A stretch of DNA of 64,000 nucleotides. Source: Geosiphon pyriformis uo1 (lineage: Eukaryota; Fungi; Glomeromycota). The notes beneath the pieces were generated by a model. That model had not been told where the DNA came from. It made no database searches and worked only from the letters and a program-made list of their open reading frames with translations. Made by a program: the position numbers and the translations under genes. Shown here piece by piece: positions 51,651 to 64,000 of this stretch (within the stretch, counting starts at the first letter, position 1; every line of letters starts with the position of its first letter). The stretch is taken from positions 62,001 to 126,000 of the forward strand of contig JAAOMT010000429.1 in NCBI GenBank assembly GCA_016748015.1. The letters are read 5' to 3'.

Positions 51651-53324
51651 ATGAGTAAATTAGTAACAACTCCACCTCTTGTTTTTCTGAATGCTGCAAA
51701 TAGTGTGCAAGAAGGTAGTATTGAGAAGTTTTTCTTCTAATAAAGTTGAAAGTACTAAACCCGTTAAACTTCTTTTTTAAGTGGAAACACATCTCCACGA
51801 ACCTCTACTTCCAAAGCCTGGGTCACGTAAAAAAAGAATAGGATTAGAGGTGCTAAATTCGTTAGCGAGGCTTGAGATTCTTTTGACTAAAGAAGAAACT
51901 CTTGCCAGTGCAGAGCAGGAAGTCCAAAATTTAAGACAGGTTAGTGAAGGTTCATTGTATGTTATAGCCGAACCATGACAATCAGTTTTAATGAATAGAA
52001 TGAGGAATTAAACGTGAGAATTTTTAAAATCAATTTCTCGACTTGGATGATTGTTCTGGAGTTCAATAAATTTGTCGCAGATCACGGATTGGACGCGTTT
52101 TGATCACATCTTCCATCGACGGCTTTTATGTGTAAATTTATCAAATTCTTTAAAGCGTGTCTCTCTTTCGGATCGACTCTGTAAGTGTCAAGATCCACAC
52201 GCCCTCAATACCGTCAATTCTTTCAAAGAAAAGTGGTTTCCTATCTTCAATCTATTTATGGGGTTCCTCTACAATCCTTGTTAAGGAGAATCAGGATAAT
52301 TTCGATTAGTGAATAACTTTGAAATTAGATGTGTGGGTTCGAACTCGATTCCATGCTTGAAAGAATGGAAATAGACAGAGTTTCAACAAACTTATCCATA
52401 TGATGCTACCTTTGTATTATTCTTTAGCAAGAATATAATACTGCTGAGATTGACAACATGATTAATATGTTCTTATCATCGATACCTCAATTAGAAGAAG
52501 AGACGGTAGCTGTGAAAAAAGATGTGAAGGTGAGTACACGAAATAACAATATTTACAGAATGGTGAAGAAAACTCTTGATACCGTTAATCATTCCCAATA
52601 GTTTTTATGAATAGGCTTACATAACAGAATTAGGTCTCGCCGCTCTATTTCCCAAATCTGCACAAAGATTGGTAGTAACAAAAGTCTCACTTGGAAAAAC
52701 GGACGCTCAAGGTATGAGAATCCAATATGTGGAAATTAAAATTCGAAATGCTATGTCTTTTTGCTTCAGTTTTAATTTCCGGAATTTCTTGGTTAGCCCA
52801 TTTTGTTGAAATGTGTGCAATAAACCAGGTTGCCGCAATCTCTCTGCAAATACAACAAGATATAAAGCTTCCGAACCATAAATATATTGCCCATCAATTG
52901 GCGTTATTATACGTAAGATGTGTCTGCTGCTTTGCCAATTCGACCTTGCATCATTTATAAAAACAAAATGACAGATATATTTTTATCCCAATCCGGTTTT
53001 AAGCAATGCCTTAATCAAGTTGGAGGTCACTTTATCAAATACAAACCGCGTGTCGAACAACATTTTGACGCGACCAAATCACTAACAAACAGCTCACATG
53101 AACCTCGACTGAATGAGGAACAGAAAGAGTGGTTGGTGAATTTTTACAAAAAAATATTCAGTTTCGATTCTAGTTTAACATCAATTTATTTTTGAAGGTT
53201 ATCTCAATTAACGGCTGATATTGTTACTGAGGCTTTATTTAGTGGGCGACCTGCTTCAACTGTTTCACAGCCGTTGGCTGATTATTTGACTTTGGTTGGT
53301 CAAGTAGCACCCCCCAAGGTATAG
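51651..53324 (+). CDS. Multi-exon host gene, uncharacterised protein
   Basis: GT-AG exons that join in frame: 51651-51714, 51782-51939 and later exons QEYNTAEIDNM.., AYITELGLAALFP.., HFVEMCAINQV..NHKYIAHQLALLY|QCLNQVGG..EEQKEW|LSQLTADIV..PPKV*. Exons between 51940 and 52425 are not resolved. CpG retained. Confidence 0.75.
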
Positions 53325-54429
53325 AAACCATATGGAAATCTCGCATCGTACAAATAGCTCTACATTAGTGGCTAGAATTTTTTAATAAACGTAAATTTTG
53401 AAGGCTGGAATGAAATTTGGAATAAGCAATTGAACTTTTCAAGAGAAAGAAATTCCGATTTTTCCTCGATGCATGTTATTGTTTTCAATGAACTGAAAAA
53501 TGAGCTTTGGTGATAGATTTATCCTGATTTAAAAATGATAATATTATCATATAAAATAATTATTTTATTTTATTTGAAAAACGGACATTAATTATGAAAA
53601 AGTAGTAATATTTTATAAAATCAACATATTATTATTATTATTAAACAATAAAGAAAACAGAAAAATAATCCATAAATGTTAAATTTAAATAACAATTTTA
53701 TTTTTCAGCAAGTTCATTTATTTAAATTTCTAATTTATTTTACTTGCTAAGCTCAATAACTAGCGAGATAATTAAATGAGACAATTAAAAATAGCTAATC
53801 TCTGATTTTCAAATTAGCCAAACAAATGAATTTTGTATCAAAATACTTCATTTGATAAACTTCGGAAATACCATACTTTGATTTTAATTAAGAGGAGTAG
53901 TTATTTTCATAAGTCCTTGGGATTAATTGGATATTTTGTCAAACGCGAAAACTGAAGATCACATTCTAAATAAAGGTACAATAAGACATGGAGGCTTAGT
54001 TGTATATTATAAAAACAAAGGTTTCTTGGTAAGGCTTTCTTTCTTTGAGGAACTTATCGATGCGTGTAATAAGATAGGTGATCTCAGAAGTGAATTGCAA
54101 AAATTCATTCCGCCTGATGGGTCTTGAACCTTTCTGGCAAAATGAAAGGAGTGGCCATAGGAACCCCCAAAATAGACGATGAACTCAAAGAATCTTTCGA
54201 AATTTTGATAAATATCCTGGTTGCGGAGCTTCACGCTCGAATAATGAATTGAATCAACAATGGCCGAAAACCTAGAATGTTCTGAATAATTATAAGGATC
54301 CTCTTATTTATGCATTTCAGACCGTTCAGATGCATTTCAGCCCCAGTTTATCAAAATCACTGTCATTAAACTAGACAAAACTTGAGGCTAGCCAGATTGG
54401 AATTATGAATTACTTCAACATGAAGATTG

Positions 54430-55937
<1,508 letters not shown>

Positions 55938-56455
55938 TTAATACGGGTATTAAACTTTGTACAGGACTCGTAAAAGCAAGCGAAGGTTTTAGAATCTTCT
56001 TTGTGGCCAACTCCCAAAAAGGTAAGCATCCATATATATGATAGATTATTAGATCAGATAGCCTGAATAAAACCTATCATTTAGTATTTTAGACATAAAA
56101 TCGCTCACAATCTTTATAATTTGCCTTTAAAATAAACATTGAACTATTTTTTTCATTGATACTGACACTGCACGATTTAGAAAAATATCAAATTAATATT
56201 TAACAGAACCTTTCCGCTCTAAAACTGTAGAAAGATTTGAATTTCCTGCCCTGTCCATCATCTATATCAATCACTGCTCTACCTTCTAATAATAATTTTT
56301 CTAGTGAAGCTCATAAATCTTTTGAAAATAAACCAAGAATGAGCAGGCGAAAACGTTAAAATAGAGAAGAATCCACAAAATAAAATAAAAAAAATCTTTT
56401 CGATTAATGAACTCCTTCAATTCCTAAGCATTACCTATTAAAGCAATATAATGAT

Positions 56456-57142
56456 TTATGGATCCCATTCATTCCATTTCCTCGCCACTACTTTAACTCC
56501 AGCTACAAATCGACTCGAAAGATACCCGGTAGACTTTCGAACAATCTCAGCATATAACCATCCAATAATGGGTAACGTCTCAATCAAATCCTTCAAACTC
56601 CATACATCCTCATGTCGTACAATCTTTTTCTGTTCATTAAATTCGAATCGTGAGATAGTCCGAAGTTCAACAGTTTGACGAATAAAGAATAAGAATTTGA
56701 TCGGTAGTCTGAATTTGATCACTGCGTCGATTATCACCAAGTGATGGTTGCCGGCTGATTCGCAATCAGTCACACTATGAACTTCTGAGGCAATATGTGG
56801 GAACATGGCGGCTATTAGACAAAATTGTTGAATGATATCCGAATGGCCCTGTACGTGGATGATTGGATCTTCGAATACTAATTTATTGTGATGATAAATA
56901 TAGCTTTGATAAGAATAGTGAATGAATCATTCCATTTTTAAAGTGATTTCTGGGGTTTTTTTTGATCAGCTTGTAAAAAAAGAAAGATAAGTGTAATAAT
57001 AATCTATACCAGCATTCCCATCAAAGTATTTCAATATTACGGCTTCTTGTGCATCGGTTCTCCGCGAAAATAAAGTACTGTGAACTTCACGAGCAATTTC
57101 TTTATAGGATTTCGGTTCCGAAGTGCTACTCTCTCCGGTCAT
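56456..57142 (-). CDS. SnoaL/NTF2-like domain protein (2 exons: 57142-57010, 56877-56456; 184 aa)
   Basis: YFDGNA|VFEDPIIHVQG and KIVRHEDVWS motifs typical of SnoaL-like folds; GT-AG intron; exon lengths sum to 555 nt. Confidence 0.85.
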
Positions 57143-58139
57143 TATTATAAAGGTAAAAAATCTTTATGTGTGAACCTTCTTGTTTGTGTTTGGAGAGTAC
57201 TTGAGGTTATTTGTTGAGGAATATCTAAGTAATTTCGAGGTTGAATATAGAACTTGATACAACTAAAAATACAAAGTAACAAAATATGGTTTATTGTTAT
57301 AAATATATGGAAAATAGCTGTTTAAAAGTGAAGATTCAGCATTTATGCCAGTGAGACTTTATAATATCTTTGATGTCCGATTTTATCCCAGATCTTCATG
57401 GCTTTTCTTCACATGCTTTCAGCACTCCAAAAGTCTAATTTCCCTTTTAGCGTGATCATCTGTTGATTAGCATAACTATTCAAATCGTGGTTTTATTCTT
57501 TTTCCCAAACTTGAACATTGGCTAAAAAGTTGATAAACTAGCATGATTCATTCTTCGGAGGTCTTGATCATCAGTCTATTGCTTCATGACGTACCATGAT
57601 GACATTTTCAACAATTTAATCTATTTTTTTTTGCATTGAGAACGTCAGTAAGACCAGTTCGATATACTCAAAAAACTTGCAATTTGGGTACAAAACAGTA
57701 CGTCATTATAATGAGATTACTTCGAAAGAGTTTTTGGATCGATGATAATGATCATCTTACCTGAAGCTCCGCATAATCCAAAATTGAATGATAATCTTAA
57801 TTGTCAAATCACCAACTTACTAAATAAGAAAAAAACAAGTGAGAAACCAGAAAAAATATAAACTACCCGGAATCATTGACGGAACAAAATGCATACAATA
57901 TCTATTTTGAATAAATAAATATAAAATGACATTATAAATCATGAAATTCCTTAGATGAATATATTTTTTAATTTATTTAATAATATTATAAACTATATTA
58001 TGACAAATAATATTTATAATAAAAAATTTAATTAGCTATTACAATTAATTGCAATCATATGGCTTTAAATTGATGTAAAAAACTTAACCTAAAATATTTT
58101 AAAAAATCAAAATAATGTTTTATGCATTTTAAATTTCTT

Positions 58140-58780
58140 TATAAAAAAACTTTGAAACTCTTCTTTCTTGCATTTTATGATTACAGCTGGAACAAAAGTA
58201 AAAAGAAAGCAATCATTATTTCTTTTATTGTTTTTATTAGTGCTATTATTTTGGAAGTTTTTTTTACAATAAAAACAGCTAAATAGTGTTTTGCAAAAGT
58301 GCTTTTCTTAAATAATAAAGACATAAAACAGTTTTTGGCTGTTGAAAAAACACTTTTTTTGGCTTTAAGCAAAAGTTTTTTTTCATTTAAAATTTGTTTA
58401 AAGTAACACATCAGAAAAAGCTTTATTATAATTACTATTATTGTTAAAATTTTCAAAGTTTTTAACTATAAATTGGTAGTTAAACTGCTATTTTTTGTTA
58501 CCAATTTTTTTTTGCTGCTTAAATAGCTAAAAAATTTAAATAGCAAAAAGCAAATTTTTTTAAAAAAAATACTAGTTTTTTTGAAATACCAAAAAAAGTG
58601 TTCTTTTTGGTATTTGTTAAAGCATTATTTTTAATTTAAAAACTGTTTTTTTTTTGTAAAAATAAAGTTTTAATTTTTTTTAATTTTTTTACCAATTTTA
58701 TTAAACCAGTATTAATTATAGTACTTAATCTTATTTTGGTTGTAAACAATGTTTTTTGTTTTAAATAATAGCAATAATAA
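58140..58780 (+). mobile_element. Possible decayed LINE ORF1 5' relic
   Basis: CpG-free, T-rich strand bias like LINE sense strands in this window; no clean motif. Confidence 0.3.
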
Positions 58781-59067
58781 TATGATTGCTAATTTAAATT
58801 AAATTAGTATATAATTATATTATTTAATATATTAAATTTTAATTAATTATTATTGAGTATAAAAACAAAACAAATTATATTTTAACATACAATTTTAATT
58901 ATTTTTTTTGTTTGTTTGTTAAAAACACTTTTAATTTTAATAATACTTAAATATAATTATTAATTAATAAAAGTTTTTTAAATAAGTATTTTAATTTTTA
59001 CATAATTTATTAATTTAAAATTGGTTTTTAAAAATAATATTATATTTTTGTATAAAATTTAAATTTT

Positions 59068-60270
59068 AAGTTTTTTTTTTATTTAAATTTTACAAATATA
59101 GTCCAATTATTATCTAATATATAGAACCAAGTTAAATAACTTAAACTAAATACAATTCATATTTTTTTCACATATAACCAACTACTTAGACCAGACAAAA
59201 TAATATTATATACTTATATGAATATTTATATTATTATTTAAACCAGAAAAAAAGGGCAAAATTTGTAATTACTAAAACTAATAACAAAAAACTTAATAAT
59301 ACTAAGCAACCAAATCACTTTATTTGATAATACAACTGTTATTTTATAAAATAAGTTTGATATTAACTCATTATTTTTAACCAATCTAGTTTTTTTTATA
59401 TTTACTTTATACTCAGATCTTATGAGTTACATCTTTAAACAATACAATTCTGTTAACTGTTTAACATATTCAACAATAACAAAAACAGTTTTATCTTTTT
59501 TATTAAGAGCTACAACAGTCTTAATATACTATTTTTTTAGCACAAATTTTTTGCAAATCACTATATACAAACTTATATTTAATAAACACATAAAAAAAGT
59601 TTTTAAGACAGCAAAAGTAGAAAAAATGCAAATATTCATCAATAAAATTTATTATTTAGAAGTTTTTGCCAAAAAATTTTTATAAATACTACTATTTTTA
59701 ACACAAAGAAAGATATAATCTAACAGTTCTATTTTATTACACAATAAATACAACATATCTGAATATATTTTGTTATACAATATTTTTTTAACTATGACTA
59801 ACAGTTGTTTATGTACAGTTTTTATCAAATATGTGCACAGATTGACAGATTTCTTATTAGTAAATTTAAAAAACATATGTAAATTTGAATATTATACTTT
59901 TGTAGTAGCAAACCAATTTATCTCCCTAATTAACCTATCTAAAATCATATTATGGCTAAAATTAACTTCTTAATAAACATAACAAATAGATCTAAACAAA
60001 TTACAAACAAAATAACAAGTATTATTAAACATAACTGTGTTTTTAGCTATTAAGAAATGTTCACATATTTAAATTGGCAAAAAAAAAAGAATAAATAGTT
60101 TTACTTGTTATCATATTAATCTTAATATTACCTGAAATTTCCAAATAACTTTTGACATTTACTCATTTAATTAAAAGATTTTTATTCTTAATTAAATTGG
60201 CAATATGTTTTTTTTTATTCAACATTAATTATAAAAGTCTAATACAGCAAACAAAATTTCAAACACATAT
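59068..60270 (-). mobile_element. LINE 3' relic (tail, 3' UTR, zinc knuckle, part of RNase H)
   Basis: Poly-T at ~59070; 59110-59205 matches the LINE 3' UTR at 31480-31580; KVKGHSGISGN-like relic at ~60130-60165. Confidence 0.75.
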
Positions 60271-60961
60271 GTATTAATAACAGCCTAATTATACAGTATT
60301 ATTAGTAGAATTTTAGCTATTAATTAACATAAAATTACTTTTATAATTTTTATTATTAATTAGTATTTATTATTATTATTATTTCAATTATCACTTATTA
60401 TTTAGTCAAATTATCAAATATTATTATTCAATTAATAACCTGATTTGTACTATAAAAATTAAGATAATCAAATTACACAATATCTTGAACCATTTAATAT
60501 AGTCAAAATTTGCCAAAATTGATGAAAATTGGCTGAAATAATCAATAATTTGTAGAAATAACTTGTAGTTTGCCAAAATAAATTTTTAGTATGCCAAAAT
60601 TAGAGCAAAGAGAAAAGTACAAGTTTAAAGACTAGTATTACAACATATTGTATAAAAAAAGAGCCTCTTTCTTCAAAAAAATGTATTTTTTCATAGTATT
60701 TTATTTTAAATATCTTAATTAGAACAAATTATCTTTTATACATCTTAAATAAAAATTAAATATTCAAAAACCAAATCCTTTAAATTATTATACTTGAAAT
60801 TCTCTTAACACAACTAATATTTTAAAATTGATTAACTACCAATTTCATTAATCTGTTAGTAATTCCAGGCCTGGATAGAAAACATTTCTTTTAACACAAT
60901 TCTATTTTTTTTATATTTTTTTTATATTTTTATATTTTTTTTATCATAATTATTAAAGTAG

Positions 60962-61592
60962 TGTTACAGGTTGGAGTAACAAGCTAACGAATAGCAAGAG
61001 AGAACAGGATTGTAGGGTGATAAAAATAATCAAAAAGAATTCAACTTTAAAGAGCAAATTGAATGAGTATGGATTTAATGTGTGAGATCAGTCTCATAAA
61101 ATATCTTAGTTGCTGTACTTTTCTAAAAATAACCAGAGAATCTGAAGGTAGAGGGATAGTTTGTACTATCAACAAATAATCACACCTGGTATAATTTTAT
61201 GCCTTACATTGGCATTTTTAGAATTCAATATTAGGTATCAGATGTACTCTTCAGTCATATTTTATTCAATAATCTTCAAATGCTACAAATATATGTTTCA
61301 GGAAAAGAATAAGGAATAACCAACAAGTAATCTTTTATTCCAAGATGTTCAGATACTTGAAGGTAAGAAAAGAGAATTTAGCAATAAGAGAATGATTGAG
61401 ATGAAAGTTGTTATTTTATTTATTTGATTTTCTTGATTTCTTCATGTTTTTCTACAACTAAAAGATTTATTGCTTATATAACTATCAAAAGTGGTCAATG
61501 ATTACTTTCTAAAAATAGAGTGGCTAATTTATATGACATCAGTGGCTAATACATGTGATAATTAATAAAAAGTATAAGTTTCAACTATAACA
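60962..61592. repeat. Solo LTR, third family (631 bp), TSD GTAG
   Basis: TGTTAC...ATAACA termini flanked by GTAG at 60958-60961 and 61593-61596. Confidence 0.75.
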
Positions 61593-61939
61593 GTAGTCTA
61601 TAGACAAGATTTCTATAGAAAAGTTGATTTTTACAACAAAGTAACTACACATTTTAATGAGCTTCCAGATAAGCAATTCCTGAAAAAAAGTTGACATTTA
61701 CTACAATATAACTGCATAAAGCAACTGGTACAGAATTGGCTATTTCATTTATAAGCTTAGCAGTTTAAATTATAGAAGATAATTTAAAGATAAATTCAGT
61801 TATTGAAGATTTAACTGCTTCCAGAAAATGTGAAATTAGCAACAGACAAACATTAATAACAGTTAAGAAAAGAGACCAAAAACCTTTGATAACAATAAAT
61901 ACAAAACTATTATACAAGATAATAAAACATTATTTTAGA

Positions 61940-62180
61940 GATAAAACAATAGTCTGTAATTTAGTCATAATAAAAAACAAAAATTCATATATTCTAATAT
62001 TAATACTTATATCTATAGCAGAGAAATAAGTTATAGTCCTATTAGTAATCTCAACAAAACCAGTATTTTTTAAAGATCTATCCATATAAACTTTAATAAC
62101 ATCAAACCAAATTTTATGTAAATATCTTTATATATTAAAAAACCTTTTAAAATCCAAAACATTTAAGCCAAGTGATTTAC
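61940..62180 (-). mobile_element. LINE RNase H relic
   Basis: Minus strand GTTTATATGGATAGATCTTTAAAAAATACTGG = VY(T)D(G)SLKNTG-like. Confidence 0.5.
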
Positions 62181-64000
62181 TGTTATAAATAATTATTTGG
62201 ATATTAAAATAAATAACAAACTTATAATTTAGTGCTTAATAACTAATAATATTATTAATAGTTTTTGAAGGTTTTTAGATTTAAAGGTTTTGGTTGAGTT
62301 TTTTATATAATAAACAGAAATTTATTTGGTAGTTGTTTTTTTAAATTTTTTTTTTAGTGTGAAAACTAATTTAATTTAACTGTTATGTTCTTTTAGTAAG
62401 CTATTTTTAAGTTTTTATTTTTGTTTTATGGGTCTTTTATCAAGCTATTTTTGATATCAATATTTTAGTGTTTAATTTTTTAATTAATTGATACACAATA
62501 TAAAAACATAAAAAAATAAAAATAAAAATAAAAGAAAATAAAAGAAAAATAAAAAAATAAATAAGAAGTTAATATTTGTTAATAATTATGATTAAAAACT
62601 ATTAGTTTAGTGTGGTTAAGTAGTAAATATTATTAACATAAATTACTAATAGAATTGGAAAATAATAATATTAATTCAATAAAAAAAATAATATAAATTG
62701 GATAATAAAACAATAATTTTATTTGATATTTAGATAATTTATTTTAAAATATAAAAAACCATTTTTTAAAGAAAAAAATATGTTATTAATATTTATTGTT
62801 AACTAATTAAATACTTGTTTGTCTTTTTTTTACTTTTAATACTATTGTTATATATACTTATTTCTTATTATATAAAATCTTACATATTTTTACTCTTTTC
62901 TATGCTACTTTTTAAAACTGTGCTCATTTTTTATATATGTACATATTCCTAAAAATATGTTGTAATTTTTTAAAAATATATACATATGTTGAATATTATT
63001 TTCTATTTATTTATTCTTATAATCTGTTTCTCTATTTTTTTTTTGTATCTTTTTTTTATAAGTAATTTTTATTTTTATTTTGAATTAACTCTATTATTAT
63101 TATTTTCTAATATTATATGTTCAATTCTGGTTTTTAGATCTTTAAATTGGGAGTAGGTTAGATCTGAATGCTACTTGTATCATAGTACTAACTAGAATTT
63201 CTAATGCTATTTTGAGATCTATGCTTACTAGGGAATGTGGGGCTATAACTAGGGATAATTGTCCAGGGTACTATAAATTGAAACCAGCATTGGTGTCATG
63301 TGTTCTTTCAGAGCAGATTCCTTCTTCGTTGTTACTGTACTATCTTACTTCTAATTTTTTAGAGAGGTTGGAATAAGCGAGATACTGTTCTGTTTCTGTA
63401 GTCTCATTTGGCTCTTGAAACAGCCTGTTCTCAATTATTAATTTGGTTTTTTCTTCGGGTTCTAGTAGTTTGTTGATAGGATATAATGTTCTCAGCAGTG
63501 AATTGAACATGAGATCACATTCATTGCAGTACTAGAAATGGCAAGGGATTAGGCAATAATCACATAATTTTGTGTTTAAGTCAGCTAGTCTCTGTTTCTG
63601 TTTTTTCAGGTCAGGGCCAATTCTTAATATCAATCTTGAAATGCATCTGGGTCATCTGTGAAAAAATCTTTGGTGATATAATCAGGTCCATCGTATTTGG
63701 GTACAAATGGATTTTCTTTGATTTCTCATATTTCGCTAAGTGTGGCACCTTCGACTTTGGCACTTGTCATTCTCCATATTTCATGCTCATTGTATGGGTA
63801 ACTATCCAATCAATTGAGTGTTTGTCTCCAGATGTTCTTGATCAGGGTTCCCTTTTGTACCCAATTGTTGATCAAGATGGTATATTGACACACTTCATCG
63901 CATGTTCCTTCTCTGCCGGGTACATTATTCCAGAGCCCTTTATCTGGCAGGCTTTCACTACAGGCAAGACATGGCGTATTGTCTCATTTGCCTTGCCGTT
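62181..64000 (-). mobile_element. Ty3/Gypsy copy E5 (diverged subfamily): 3' LTR ~62181-62995, ORF3 tail, then directly a truncated dUTPase and the Cys-rich domain; continues beyond the window
   Basis: LTR blocks match 30896-31430; minus-strand peptides GK*DNTPCLACSE..GTCDEVCQY..LCDYCLIPCHF*YCNECD..HDTNAGFNL..QVAFRSNL, then TYSQFKDLKTRIE. Confidence 0.82.

Noticed and set aside
52335-52346. tRNA gene suggested by GGGTTCGAACTC (B-box-like)
   Set aside because: No acceptor, D or anticodon stems could be folded around it.
60300-60900. Possible DNA transposon or MITE
   Set aside because: No terminal inverted repeats or TSD could be identified.

Overview
AT-rich eukaryotic DNA, most likely from an early-diverging fungus. 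The transposon peptides and short-intron genes resemble Glomeromycotina such as Geosiphon; this is recall, not a search result. About 85% of the window is a nest of decayed retroelements. There are five copies of a ~10 kb Ty3/Gypsy LTR retrotransposon lineage (E1-E5), three solo LTRs plus a family-B 3' LTR remnant, one full-length LINE and several LINE relics. Only E3 (20333-30504) is complete with both LTRs and a 4-bp TSD. The Gypsy lineage is unusual: a gag frame that appears to begin inside the 5' LTR and read through the PBS, then gag-CCHC-protease-[Cys-rich domain I cannot name]-dUTPase-RT-RNase H-integrase in essentially one frame. An extra ~220-codon ORF3 sits between integrase and the PPT. 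All repeats carry heavy, almost purely C>T/G>A mutation that increases with nesting age, consistent with RIP-like or methylation-driven hypermutation. A CpG-retaining host island (~51.6-57.9 kb) holds an uncharacterised multi-exon gene, a GDP-L-fucose synthase and a SnoaL/NTF2-like gene. All alignments and counts were done by eye.
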